Notes under the pieces: model-generated
Database searches by the model: none
What the model was told of the DNA's origin: nothing
The model's input: only the letters and a program-made list of their open reading frames with translations
Assembly: GCA_900319345.1 (NCBI GenBank)
Contig: ONNZ01000010.1
Span: forward strand, 12,946-76,945
Reading direction: 5' to 3'
Length of the DNA stretch: 64,000 nucleotides
Source of the DNA: an uncultured Eubacteriales bacterium
Lineage (GTDB): Bacteria; Bacillota; Clostridia; Christensenellales; CAG-138
Part shown: positions 33,867-43,682 of the stretch, piece after piece
Layout of the letters: the number at the start of each line of letters is the position of its first letter
Numbering within the stretch: position 1 is the stretch's first letter
Program-made: the position numbers and the translations under genes

Positions 33867-36448
33867 TATCGGGCCCTCCTTTCGTAGGGCGTGTCGTCCA
33901 AAGGCAACTTGGTACGCCGCTGCCCGTCCAGCTGATAGTAGGCCTCCGCGATGGCCGGGGCCGTGGGGATGGAGGTGATCTCCCCGATGCCGATGGCCCC
34001 GCAGGCCACATCGAGACCCGGTTTATCTACCACGATGGCTTTGATCTCGGGTATCTCGTGGGCCCGAAACAGACCCAGCTTGCCGAACTTGTCGATGGGC
34101 TTGCAGTTGTCGTCAATGGGGTACTGCTCCCGGAGGGCGTAGCCCATGCTCATGACCACGCCGCCCTCGATCTGCCCCTCGCAGGATTTGGGGTTCACGG
34201 CCTTGCCCACGTCGTGGACCGCCACCATGAACTCGATCTTGCCGGTCTTTCGATCCAGCACACACATCTGGGTGGCGTAGCCGTAGGCCACGTGGGATAC
34301 GGGGTGGGGCACGTCGGCCCCCAGCTTGTCGGTCTTGGCGAGATACTCCCCGTAGAATACTTCACCGTTCAGCTCCTGCAGCGTCCGGGTCTTCAGGGCC
34401 TCCGTCAGCTTTTCGCAGGCCCGGCGGCAGGCTTCGCCGGTGATAAGCGTTTGGCGGGAACCGGAGGAGTCGCCGGAGTCCGGAGCGATCCAGGTGTTGG
34501 AGCGCTCGTAGACGATGTCGTCTCGATGAAGGGGGGTGTTGGTCACCACCATCTGGACGAGGACGGTCCCAAGACCCTGGCCGATGCAGGAGGCGCCGGC
34601 GTAGATATGGACCTTGGCGTCCGCCTCCACGATGAGCTTGCACCGGCCCCAGTCCGGGAGCCCCACGCCCACGCCGGAGTTCTTCATGGCGGAGGCCAGG
34701 CCCACCGGCTTCCCGGCGGCCACGGCGGCGTCGTAGTAGGGCTTGATGGCCTCCAACGTCTCCACGAGACCCGTCTCAGGCCCCACGATCTGGCCGTTGG
34801 GCAGCTCCTGCCCGGGGCGGATGGCGTTCCTGTAGCGGATCTCCCAGGGGGAGATGCCGATCTTTTCCGCCATTTCATTGAGCAACGATTCGATGGCGAA
34901 GCAGGTCTGGGTCACGCCGAAGCCCCGGAAGGCCCCGGCGGGGGGATTGTTGGTGTAGTAGGCCGTGCCCTCGATCTCGAAGTTCTGGTAGTTGTAGGGG
35001 CCGGAGGCGTGGGTACAGGCCCGCTCCAGCACAGGGCCACCCAGGGAGGCGAAGGCGCCAGTGTCGGAGTAGACGGAGGCCTTCACGCCCTGGATGATGC
35101 CGTTTTCGTCGCAGCCGATGGTAAAATCCATCCAGAAGGGGTGGCGCTTGGGGTGGATGAGGAGGCTCTCCGCCCGGCTCAGCTTCACCTTTACGGCCCG
35201 GCCGGTCAGGTAGGTGATGAGGGCCGCGTGATGCTGGACCGTCATGTCCTCCTTGCCGCCGAAGCCGCCGCCCACCAGCTGGTTCTGGACCCGGACCTTG
35301 TCGCTGCCCAACAGGATCTTGCACTCGTGGAGGGTGGTGTGGGAGGACTGGTCCGTGGAGAGGACGCGCACGTACCCGTCCTCGTCCATATACGCCACGG
35401 CGCACTCGGGCTCCAGGAAGGCGTGCTCCGTCCAGGGGGTCTCAAAGTGCTTGGAGATCACGTATTTCGATTTGGCGATGGCCCCCGTGGCGTCGCCCCG
35501 GCTCACGTGCTTGTAGGCCTGGACGTTGTTTTCCTCCTCGTCGAAGACCCGAGGGGCGTCGGGGGCCTTGGCCTCCTCAGGACCGTGGACGGCGGGTAAG
35601 GGCTCGTAGGTCACCTTCACCAGCTTCTTGGCCTTCTCCAATGTCTCCTGATCCTCCGCCACCACCAGGGCGATGGGGTCCCCCAGCCAGTGGGTCAGGC
35701 CCCCCACGGGGATGAGGGAGTATTGGTCGTGCTTGATATGGCCCACCTTGTTCTCCCCGGGGATGTCCTGGGCGGTGAGCACCGCCACCACCCCGTGCAG
35801 GGCCTTAGCCTTGCTAATGTCGATTTCCAGGACCCGGGCCCGGGGGTACTGGCTCCGGACCGCGGAGCCGTAGGTCATGCCGGGCAAATACCAGTCGTCC
35901 GGGTACTTGCCGTAGCCCAGCACCTTTTCCTCCACGTCCAGCCGGTGGACGCTGCTGCCCAGCTTCCAATCGGTCTCGGAGGGCTCCGGGATCACGCCCG
36001 CCTTCTTCAGCTTCGCCGCCAGCTCTATGGCTTTGACGATCTTCACGTAGCCTGTGCAGCGGCAGTAGTTGTTGCGGATGGCGTAGCGCATCTGCTCCTC
36101 CGTGGGGTCCTCCACCTTGTCGAGGAGGGCCTTGGTGCAGAGGACCATGCCCGGGATGCAGAAGCCGCATTGAACGGCCCCGGCCTCCCCGTAGGCGTAG
36201 GTGTAGAGCTTCTTCTCAAAGTCGGAAAGCCCCTCCACGGTGAGCACGTGCTTGCCCTCCAGACTGTCCGTTTTCGGCACGCAGGCCCGGCAGGTCTCCC
36301 CGTCGATGATCACGGTGCAGGCCCCGCAGGCTCCCTCGGAACAGCCGTCCTTCACGGAGGTGAGCTGGAGCTCGTCCCGCAAAAACCGCAGCAGGGTCTG
36401 GTTCTTCTTAGCCGTGACCGCCTGTCCGTTCACAAAGAATGTAGCCAT
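33866..36448 (-). CDS. Selenium-dependent-type molybdenum hydroxylase (xanthine dehydrogenase family) with a fused N-terminal 2Fe-2S domain
   Basis: 860 aa. It has the 2Fe-2S motifs CSEGACGACTV and QCGFCIPG...NYCRCTGY, followed by a large aldehyde-oxidase/XDH molybdopterin-binding region. It is flanked by ygfK and ssnA homologues. Confidence 0.8.
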   Translation of the reverse strand: MATFFVNGQAVTAKKNQTLLRFLRDELQLTSVKDGCSEGACGACTVIIDGETCRACVPKTDSLEGKHVLTVEGLSDFEKKLYTYAYGEAGAVQCGFCIPGMVLCTKALLDKVEDPTEEQMRYAIRNNYCRCTGYVKIVKAIELAAKLKKAGVIPEPSETDWKLGSSVHRLDVEEKVLGYGKYPDDWYLPGMTYGSAVRSQYPRARVLEIDISKAKALHGVVAVLTAQDIPGENKVGHIKHDQYSLIPVGGLTHWLGDPIALVVAEDQETLEKAKKLVKVTYEPLPAVHGPEEAKAPDAPRVFDEEENNVQAYKHVSRGDATGAIAKSKYVISKHFETPWTEHAFLEPECAVAYMDEDGYVRVLSTDQSSHTTLHECKILLGSDKVRVQNQLVGGGFGGKEDMTVQHHAALITYLTGRAVKVKLSRAESLLIHPKRHPFWMDFTIGCDENGIIQGVKASVYSDTGAFASLGGPVLERACTHASGPYNYQNFEIEGTAYYTNNPPAGAFRGFGVTQTCFAIESLLNEMAEKIGISPWEIRYRNAIRPGQELPNGQIVGPETGLVETLEAIKPYYDAAVAAGKPVGLASAMKNSGVGVGLPDWGRCKLIVEADAKVHIYAGASCIGQGLGTVLVQMVVTNTPLHRDDIVYERSNTWIAPDSGDSSGSRQTLITGEACRRACEKLTEALKTRTLQELNGEVFYGEYLAKTDKLGADVPHPVSHVAYGYATQMCVLDRKTGKIEFMVAVHDVGKAVNPKSCEGQIEGGVVMSMGYALREQYPIDDNCKPIDKFGKLGLFRAHEIPEIKAIVVDKPGLDVACGAIGIGEITSIPTAPAIAEAYYQLDGQRRTKLPLDDTPYERRAR

Positions 36449-36457
36449 AGTCCTCCT

Positions 36458-39406
36458 TTAGACCAGCAGGTAGGGGTAGTCCTTCAGCACTGTCAGGATC
36501 AGCACCTCAATGTCCTTGTCGAGATCGTTCTCCTTGGCGAGGTCGTATTTCTTCTCCGCCCCGTTCAGCCGGACCTTCACCTGCTTCCGCTTCAGGCTGG
36601 TCACGCAGAAGCCCTGGTTGGTGCTGTCCGCGAAGTCCTTCTCGTTTTCGAACAGGGTGAACTTGTCCTTGTAGGGCCGGGAGGCGTAGGGGCAGAAGGA
36701 GGCGCAGTTGCCGCACTCGTTGCAGAGGTAGTCGAGGTGCAGAATCTGGGGCTCCTTTTTGCCCGGCACCCGGATGGCGGCGTTAGCCCGGTTGGGGCAC
36801 ACGGACACGCAGTTTTCGCAGAGCTCGTTGCAGTGCATGCACACGTCCTCCGGGTCGCCCTCAAGCTTCACCAGGCTCTTGCGCTCCACGAGCTTCCCTT
36901 CGCTCACCTCGGCGCCCTTGGGCAGGGCGTAGGACCGGGCCTCGCCCACGATGGCCTCCGTGGCCGCCAAGGCGTCCGCCATGGCCTCCACCACGGTAGC
37001 AGGGCCCCGCCGGGCGTCGCCCAGGACGAAGATCTTCCCATTCCGCAGCACGGGCCGCCCCTTCTCGTTGAGACCGGCGCCGTAGGAGAGGAGCAGGTCG
37101 GTGTCCACCTTCTCGCCCAGGGAGGCGATGAGGTTGGAGCAGGGGAGGGAGACCTCCTCGCCCGTGTCCACCGGGCTCCGGCGGCCGGAGGCGTCCGGCT
37201 CGCCCAGGACCATACGATGGCAGAGCAGGCTCTCCCCGTCGGCCTTCACGGGAGCCAGCAGCTCCTTGAACTGCACGCCCTCCTTCAGAGCGAGGAGCAT
37301 CTCCTCCTCATCGGCGGGCATGTACTTCTTGGTGCGGCGGTAGACGATGGACACGTCCTTCACACCGGGCACCCGCAGGGCCGCCCGGGCGCAGTCCATG
37401 GCCGTGTTGCCCGCGCCGATGATGATCACGTGTTCGCCCAGCTCCACCGGGTCATTCCGCTTCAAGGCCTTTAAGAAATCGATGGCGTTGTATTCCTTCC
37501 CGCCGATGTCCAGCCGGGAGGCCTTCTCCGCGCCCACGGCCAGCAGGATGTAGTCATACTCCTTCTCGAGCTCGCTCAATGCGGGGGCGGGAGCGCCCAG
37601 CACGAAGGTGGCTCCCAGGGAGGAGATCAGCTTCACGTCCCGGTCGATAGCCGCCGCCGGGATGCGGAAGGCGGGGATCACGTGGCGGACGGTTCCGCCC
37701 AGCTCCTTCTCCTTCTCGAACACGGTGACCTTAGCCCCGGCCCGGGTGAGATAGAAGGCCGCCGCCATGCCCGCGGGGCCGCCGCCGATGACGGCCACCT
37801 TGGCCTTCGTCAGATGCTCCTTCTTCACGCCCCGAGCCATGAGAGCGCCGAAGCCCTTCCGGGCGGCGGTGAGCTTCGCCTTGCGGATGTTCACGCTCTC
37901 GTCGTAGAAGTTCCGGGTGCAGCGGCTCATGCAGGGATGGGCGCAGATGGTGCCCGTGATGAAGGGCAGGGCGTTCTTTTCCGTAATGAGCTTCAATGAT
38001 TCAGGATACTTGCCCTTCTCGTTCAGGGCCAGGTAGCCGGGGATGTCCTGATGGATGGGGCAGCCGCCCTGGCAGGGGGCCGTGAAGCAGCTCAATAGGG
38101 GCACCTGCTCCTGGCTCTTGCGGCTGGTCAGGGGCTTGATGGGCTTGCGGTGGTGCACGTCCTGGGCCGCCTTGTCGGAGAGGGCCCGGACCGCGGCGGG
38201 GTTCACGCCCGTGAAGGGCTTGTAGGCGCAGCGGGAGACCTCGTCGGCCAGCTCCCTGAACCGGTCGTAGCCGCCGGGCTTCAGGATGGTGGTGGCCACG
38301 GTGATGGGCCAGATGCCCGCCCTAAAGAGGGCCTTCAGGTTGAAGGCGTCCGCGCCGCCGGAGAAGGACAGCCGAAGCTTCCCGTCGAACTCCTCCGCCA
38401 TGCGGGCGGCCATCTCGATGGTCAACAGGTACAGGGACTTGCCGCTCATGTACATCTCCTCGCTGGGGAGCTCGCCCGCCTTCACGTCCACGGGGCAGGT
38501 GTTGCTGAGCTTCAGGCCGAAGGAGACGCCGTTGTCCGCCGCCAGCTTGATAAGCCGGTGGAACATGGGCACCGCGTCCTTGTACTGCAGATCCTCCCTG
38601 AAGTGGTGATCGTCGAAGGACACGTAGTCGAACCCGGCTTCATTGAGGCGCTTCCGGGCGAAGTCGTAGCCCAAAATGGTGGGGTTGCACTTCACCAGGG
38701 TGTGGAGCTTCTTTTCGGTGATGAGGTAGCTGGCGATACTCTCGATCTCCTGGGGCGGGCAGCCGTGGAGGGTGGATATGGTGACGCTGGTACAGATATG
38801 GGGGTCGATGCCGTCGATGTATTCGGCAAGCTCCGGCAACTGCTTTTTGGCTTCTTTGATAGCTTTCTGGAACGCTTCCGTCCGGGAGGCGTCCTTCATG
38901 CCCTCGATGAAGGCGTCGATCTTCTCCGTCTTGATCCCGGCCAGGTCGTAGCCCACGCTCATGTTGAACATGAACCCGTTGGGGTCCCCGAGATGCCAGA
39001 GCTTAGAGATGATCTTGATGATGACGTAGGCGTTCACGTACTCCGTAAAGGCCTGGGGCACGGTGAGCTCCGTGGACCATTCGCAGTTGTAGCCCTCGTC
39101 GTCCGCCTTGATGCAGGGCCGGCTGATGCACCGGGCCAAATCCTCGCCGTCCATCTTCTGCACCGTCTTCAGCTCGAAGAACCGGGCCCCGGTGAAGTAC
39201 CCGGCCACGATGTTCTCCGAAAGCTGGGTGTTGGGCCCGGCGGCGGGGCCGAAGGGGGTCTCGATCCGCCCGCCGAACAGGGGCAGCCCCGGCCGCTCCG
39301 CCTCGTACTTGGCGTGGACGCCGAAGACGGTGCCCTCCTGGGTGTACTCCGTCAGCACCCGGTAGAGGAGCTTGTCAAAGGGAATGGGATTCATCCGTTC
39401 GCTCAT
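36458..39406 (-). CDS. ygfK: YgfK-like FAD/NAD(P)H and Fe-S oxidoreductase
   Basis: 982 aa. It has a DPD-like barrel region, the dinucleotide motifs [13 protein letters not shown] and [10 protein letters not shown], and C-terminal CxxCxxCxxxCP motifs ([18 protein letters not shown]). Confidence 0.8.
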   Translation of the reverse strand: MSERMNPIPFDKLLYRVLTEYTQEGTVFGVHAKYEAERPGLPLFGGRIETPFGPAAGPNTQLSENIVAGYFTGARFFELKTVQKMDGEDLARCISRPCIKADDEGYNCEWSTELTVPQAFTEYVNAYVIIKIISKLWHLGDPNGFMFNMSVGYDLAGIKTEKIDAFIEGMKDASRTEAFQKAIKEAKKQLPELAEYIDGIDPHICTSVTISTLHGCPPQEIESIASYLITEKKLHTLVKCNPTILGYDFARKRLNEAGFDYVSFDDHHFREDLQYKDAVPMFHRLIKLAADNGVSFGLKLSNTCPVDVKAGELPSEEMYMSGKSLYLLTIEMAARMAEEFDGKLRLSFSGGADAFNLKALFRAGIWPITVATTILKPGGYDRFRELADEVSRCAYKPFTGVNPAAVRALSDKAAQDVHHRKPIKPLTSRKSQEQVPLLSCFTAPCQGGCPIHQDIPGYLALNEKGKYPESLKLITEKNALPFITGTICAHPCMSRCTRNFYDESVNIRKAKLTAARKGFGALMARGVKKEHLTKAKVAVIGGGPAGMAAAFYLTRAGAKVTVFEKEKELGGTVRHVIPAFRIPAAAIDRDVKLISSLGATFVLGAPAPALSELEKEYDYILLAVGAEKASRLDIGGKEYNAIDFLKALKRNDPVELGEHVIIIGAGNTAMDCARAALRVPGVKDVSIVYRRTKKYMPADEEEMLLALKEGVQFKELLAPVKADGESLLCHRMVLGEPDASGRRSPVDTGEEVSLPCSNLIASLGEKVDTDLLLSYGAGLNEKGRPVLRNGKIFVLGDARRGPATVVEAMADALAATEAIVGEARSYALPKGAEVSEGKLVERKSLVKLEGDPEDVCMHCNELCENCVSVCPNRANAAIRVPGKKEPQILHLDYLCNECGNCASFCPYASRPYKDKFTLFENEKDFADSTNQGFCVTSLKRKQVKVRLNGAEKKYDLAKENDLDKDIEVLILTVLKDYPYLLV

Positions 39407-39427
39407 AGGTCATATCCTCCTGAAACT

Positions 39428-40768
39428 TTATCCGTTGTAGCTGTCGAGGGCCTTCCAGAGCTTCACGCTCTCCTCCATGGTGTGGGCGTTGATCGCTTCC
39501 TCGTCGATGCCCACCAGCTTCCGATCCTGCATGAGGATGCGGCCCGCGCACATGGTGAACTCGCACTGGCGGCCCGTCATACCGAAGATCATATGGCCGT
39601 CGATGTTGTCCCCGGAGAAGGGGGAGAAGGGCTTGTAGTCCATGACGATCACGTCGGCAGCGTAGCCCTCCTTGAGCTTCCCCAGCCGATCGGGGAAGTA
39701 CTTCGAAGCGATCTTCGCGTTGTTCTCAAAGAGCATCTTGGTCACCTCGCCCCAGGCCACGTTGGGCATGCAGGCGTTGTGCCGCTGGATGATGAGGCTC
39801 ACCTTCAACGCTTCCAGCATGTCGAAGGTGTAGCTGTCGGTGCCCATGCCCACCAGGATGTCCTTGGCCATCATCTGGCGGATGGGGGAGCAGCCCACGG
39901 CGTTGCCCATGTTAGATTCCGCGTTGTTGCAGACCATGGTCTTGGTGTCCCGGATGATGTCCATCTCGCCGCTGTTCACGTGGATGCAGTGGCCCAGCAT
40001 GGTCTTTTCGCCCAAAATGCCGTTGTTCAGCAGCCGGTTCACGGACCGGGTGCCGTAGTTCAGGGCGGAGTCGTACACGTCGTTGAGCCCTTCGGACACG
40101 TGGATGTGGTAGCCGGTCCGGCCGTTATTGGCTTTCTGCATCTTCTCGAAGGTTTTGTCCGAGATGGTGAACAGGGCGTGGCCGCCGAACATGGCGGCGA
40201 TCATGGGATCGGGGTCCTTTTCACAATGGGTGATGAAGTTGGCGTTCTCCTCGATGGCCTCGTCGCACTTCTTCTCCCCGTCCCGCTCGGACACCTCGTA
40301 ACAGAGGCAGGCCCGGACGCCCAGCTCTTTAGCCACCTTCTCGATCTCGAAGAGGGAGCCGGAGATGGCCTTGTAGCTGGCGTGGTGGTCGAAGATGGTG
40401 GTGCAGCCGGTCTTGATGCCGTCGATGATGGTGGTGTAGGCGCTGGCTCGGGTGCCCTCGAGGGTCAGGTTACGATCGATGGCCCACCACATGCCGTCCA
40501 AGATCTCGTAGAAGTTGGTGGGGTTGAAGCCCTTGATGGAAAGGCCCCTTGCGAGGGCGCTGTAGATATGGGAATGGACGTTGATAAACGCGGGCATGAT
40601 GACGCCGCCCTTGGCGTCCACCCGCTTGGCGTCGGGATACGCTTTTTCCAGCTCGACCCGGGGCCCCACGGCCTTGATATACCGCCCGTCCACCAGCACG
40701 GCCCCGTCCGCAAGATAGGGACGCTCTGGGTCCCTGGTGATCACTTTTCCGTTGGTGATGAGAATCAT
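39428..40768 (-). CDS. ssnA: SsnA-like amidohydrolase (chlorohydrolase/deaminase family)
   Basis: 446 aa with the metal-binding HxH motif (INVHSHIY) and SD AGGAGG. It is the first gene of the operon. Confidence 0.75.
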   Translation of the reverse strand: MILITNGKVITRDPERPYLADGAVLVDGRYIKAVGPRVELEKAYPDAKRVDAKGGVIMPAFINVHSHIYSALARGLSIKGFNPTNFYEILDGMWWAIDRNLTLEGTRASAYTTIIDGIKTGCTTIFDHHASYKAISGSLFEIEKVAKELGVRACLCYEVSERDGEKKCDEAIEENANFITHCEKDPDPMIAAMFGGHALFTISDKTFEKMQKANNGRTGYHIHVSEGLNDVYDSALNYGTRSVNRLLNNGILGEKTMLGHCIHVNSGEMDIIRDTKTMVCNNAESNMGNAVGCSPIRQMMAKDILVGMGTDSYTFDMLEALKVSLIIQRHNACMPNVAWGEVTKMLFENNAKIASKYFPDRLGKLKEGYAADVIVMDYKPFSPFSGDNIDGHMIFGMTGRQCEFTMCAGRILMQDRKLVGIDEEAINAHTMEESVKLWKALDSYNG

Positions 40769-40790
40769 GACTGTCCTCCTTCAAGAATGG

Positions 40791-40836
40791 ATTTTAAAAA
40801 CAGCGCGGGCCAAACACAAGGTCTGACAGCCCGCGC
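40791..40836 (-). terminator. Leader (attenuator-type) terminator about 25 nt upstream of the ssnA SD
   Basis: On the minus strand: GCGCGGGC...GCCCGCGC (8 bp, extendable by CAGAC/GUUUG), followed by TGTTTTTAAAA. It lies between the predicted promoter and the ssnA SD. Confidence 0.5.
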
Positions 40837-40881
40837 GCGAAGCACTCCCTTACAGCCGAAGATATATACTTTTCCACCCAT

Positions 40882-40911
40882 AGTGTACCACGCCTCCCGG
40901 GCAAAAATCAA
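40882..40911 (-). promoter_or_regulatory. Candidate sigma-A promoter of the ssnA operon
   Basis: On the minus strand: TTGATT, an 18-nt spacer, then an extended -10 TGgTACACT. Confidence 0.45.
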
Positions 40912-40970
40912 GGCTTGGGCCAGAAATCAAAAAATGATTTGGCAACCTAACATTTTTTTGCATATTCGCA

Positions 40971-40998
40971 TTGCAATTCCCCACAGGTGTGATATACT
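40971..40998 (+). promoter_or_regulatory. Candidate sigma-A promoter of the ygeY operon
   Basis: TTGCAA, a 16-nt spacer, then an extended -10 TGaTATACT. It lies about 35 nt upstream of ATG 41033. Confidence 0.5.
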
Positions 40999-41032
40999 GC
41001 CAATGTACCCAAGTATAGGTAGGAGGTTGCGT

Positions 41033-42409
41033 ATGGATTACACGAAGATCAAAGAAGCGGCCCAAGCGTATCTGCCGGCCATGACCAAGTTTCTCCGGGA
41101 CCTGATCGCCATCCCCAGCGAGAGCTGCGAGGAGGAGGGCGTGGTGAAGCGCACCATCGCCGAGATGGAAGCCCTGGGCTTCGACAAGGCCGAGATCGAC
41201 CCTGAAGGCAACGCCCTTGGCTGGATGGGCACCGGTGAGAAGATCATCGCCTTCGACGGCCATATCGACACCGTGGGCATCGGCAACATCGCCAACTGGG
41301 AGCACGATCCCTACGAGGGCTACGAGACCGACGACATTATCTACGGTCGCGGCGGCTCCGATCAGGAGGGCGGCGTGGTCTCCGCCGTGTACGGCGCCAA
41401 GATCATGAAGGACCTCGATTTGATCCCCGAGGGTTACAAGATCCTGGTGGTCGCCTCCGTCCAGGAGGAGGACTGCGACGGCCTCTGCTGGCAGTACATC
41501 CATAAGGAAGACGGCATCACCCCCGAGTTCGTGGTCTCCACCGAGCCCACCGACGGCGGCATCTATCGCGGCCACCGGGGCCGCATGGAGATCCGGGTGG
41601 ACGTCCGCGGCGTCTCCTGCCACGGCTCCGCCCCCGAGCGCGGCGACAACGCCATCTACAAGATGGCCGACATCCTGCAGGACGTTCGCGCCCTCAACGA
41701 GAACGCCGCCACCGACGCGGACGAGATCAAGGGCCTTGTAAAGATGCTGGACCCCAAGTACAATCCCGAGCACTATGAGGACGCCCGCTTCCTGGGCCGG
41801 GGCACCATCACCGCCTCCCAGATCTTCTACACCTCGCCCTCCCGCTGCGCCGTGGCCGACTCCTGCGCCGTGTCCCTGGACCGCCGCATGACCGCCGGCG
41901 AGACCTGGGATTCCTGCCTGGACGAGATCAGGAACCTGCCCGCCTGTAAGAAGTACGCCAAGGACGTGCAGGTCTCCATGTACATGTACGATCGGCCCGC
42001 TTGGACCGGCCTCAAGTACGAGACCGAGTGCTATTTCCCCACCTGGATCAACAAGGAGACCGCCCCCCACGTGCAGGCTCTCGCCGACGCCCACAAGGCC
42101 CTCTTCGGCGAGGAGCGCATCGGCAGCCCCACGGCCATGGACAAGCGCCGTCGGCCCCTTATCGACAAGTGGACCTTCTCCACCAACGGCGTGTCCATCC
42201 AGGGCCGCTACGGCATCCCCTGCGTAGGCTTCGGCCCAGGTGCCGAGTCCCAGGCCCACGCCCCCAACGAGATTACCTGGAAGCAGGACTTGGTCACCTG
42301 CGCCGCCCTCTACGCGGCCGTGCCCATGAACTACCATCCCGAGAACAGCACCGGCGACGTGACCGTCTACCGGGCCGGGAAGACCGACACCAAGTTCGCC
42401 AACGACTAA
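41033..42409 (+). CDS. ygeY: YgeY-like M20-family hydrolase
   Basis: 458 aa counted from ATG 41033 (SD AGGTAGGAGG). It has the M20 metal-ligand contexts [10 protein letters not shown] and [11 protein letters not shown]. The 961 codons upstream in the track ORF are antisense to ygfK/ssnA. Confidence 0.75.
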   Translation: MDYTKIKEAAQAYLPAMTKFLRDLIAIPSESCEEEGVVKRTIAEMEALGFDKAEIDPEGNALGWMGTGEKIIAFDGHIDTVGIGNIANWEHDPYEGYETDDIIYGRGGSDQEGGVVSAVYGAKIMKDLDLIPEGYKILVVASVQEEDCDGLCWQYIHKEDGITPEFVVSTEPTDGGIYRGHRGRMEIRVDVRGVSCHGSAPERGDNAIYKMADILQDVRALNENAATDADEIKGLVKMLDPKYNPEHYEDARFLGRGTITASQIFYTSPSRCAVADSCAVSLDRRMTAGETWDSCLDEIRNLPACKKYAKDVQVSMYMYDRPAWTGLKYETECYFPTWINKETAPHVQALADAHKALFGEERIGSPTAMDKRRRPLIDKWTFSTNGVSIQGRYGIPCVGFGPGAESQAHAPNEITWKQDLVTCAALYAAVPMNYHPENSTGDVTVYRAGKTDTKFAND

Positions 42410-42443
42410 GCTTACCACCAACACTATTTTATCAGGAGGCAAC

Positions 42444-43658
42444 ATGAGCAACGTCAAAAAGTACACCGACAAACTGGATCAGCTGAAGTTCGACAACATG
42501 TACAACGGCGACTTTTTCCTGACCTGGGAAAAGACGGACGACGAGATCGCGGCCGTGTTCACCGTGGCCGACGCCCTCCGGCATCTGCGTGAAAACAACA
42601 TCTCCACCAAGATCTTCGACTCAGGCCTGGGCATCTCCCTGTTCCGCGACAATTCCACCCGCACCCGCTTCTCCTTCGCCTCCGCCTGCAACCTGCTGGG
42701 CATCGAGGTCCAGGATCTGGACGAGGGCAAGAGCCAGATCGCCCATGGCGAGACCGTCCGGGAGACCGCCAACATGATCTCCTTCATGGCGGACGTGATC
42801 GGCATCCGGGACGACATGTACATCGGCAAGGGCAACACCTACATGCATAACGTGGTGAACGCCGTCACCGAGGGCAACAAGGCGGGCGTGCTGGAGCAGA
42901 AGCCCACGCTGGTCAACCTCCAGTGCGACATCGACCATCCCACCCAGTGCATGGCGGACATGCTCCACTGCATCCACACCCTGGGCGGCAGCGACGATCT
43001 CGGCGAAGCGATCCAAAACCTGAAGGGCAAGAAGGTGGCCATGACCTGGGCCTACAGCCCCTCCTACGGCAAGCCCCTGTCCGTGCCCCAGGGCGTGGCA
43101 GGCCTGTTCACCCGGTTTGGCATGGACGTGACCTTGGCCTATCCCGAGGGCTACGAGATCATGGACGACGTGGTGAAGGTGGCGGAGGAGAACTGTAAGA
43201 AGTCCGGCGCCAAGTTCACCATTACCCACGACATGAAGGAAGCCTTCAAGGACGCCGACATTGTCTACCCCAAGTCCTGGGCCCCCTACAAGGCCATGGA
43301 GGAGCGCACCGAGCTCTATGGGAAGGGCGACCTGGAGGGCATCAAGGCTCTCGAAAAGCGGCTCCTCGCTCAGAATGCGGAACACAAGGACTGGGAATGC
43401 ACCGAGGAGATGATGAAGCTCACGAAGGACGGCAAGGCCCTGTACCTCCACTGCCTGCCCGCGGACATCACGGACGTCTCCTGCGAGGCCGGCGAGGTGG
43501 CCGCCTCCGTCTTCGACCGGTATCGCGATCCCCTCTACAAGCAGGCCTCCTTCAAGCCCTACATCATCGCCGCCATGATCTTCCTCGCCAAGGTGAAGGA
43601 CCCCGCGGCTAAGCTCCTGGAGCTCGAGAAGAACAACGTGAAGCGCTGGAATGCGTAA
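42444..43658 (+). CDS. ygeW: YgeW-like (knotted) carbamoyltransferase, substrate unknown
   Basis: 404 aa with the motifs STRTRFSF, DHPTQCMAD and HCLPAD. Its size and extra insertions fit YgeW rather than OTC/ATC. Confidence 0.8.
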   Translation: MSNVKKYTDKLDQLKFDNMYNGDFFLTWEKTDDEIAAVFTVADALRHLRENNISTKIFDSGLGISLFRDNSTRTRFSFASACNLLGIEVQDLDEGKSQIAHGETVRETANMISFMADVIGIRDDMYIGKGNTYMHNVVNAVTEGNKAGVLEQKPTLVNLQCDIDHPTQCMADMLHCIHTLGGSDDLGEAIQNLKGKKVAMTWAYSPSYGKPLSVPQGVAGLFTRFGMDVTLAYPEGYEIMDDVVKVAEENCKKSGAKFTITHDMKEAFKDADIVYPKSWAPYKAMEERTELYGKGDLEGIKALEKRLLAQNAEHKDWECTEEMMKLTKDGKALYLHCLPADITDVSCEAGEVAASVFDRYRDPLYKQASFKPYIIAAMIFLAKVKDPAAKLLELEKNNVKRWNA

Positions 43659-43682
43659 TATATTTCTGAAAGGAATACGAAC

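Noticed and set aside
33848-37474. 583-aa and 594-aa plus-strand ORFs (33848-35599, 35690-37474)
   Set aside because: They are antisense to the molybdenum hydroxylase and ygfK genes and are low-complexity.
40769-40911. Classical guanine/adenine (purine) riboswitch in the ssnA leader
   Set aside because: The leader lacks the conserved three-way junction and loop sequences as I recall them. I retained it only as an unclassified terminator-type leader.
38150-41032. First 961 codons of the 1419-aa plus-strand ORF
   Set aside because: This part is antisense to ygfK and ssnA and crosses the divergent promoter region. Protein-like sequence with an SD begins only at ATG 41033 (YgeY).
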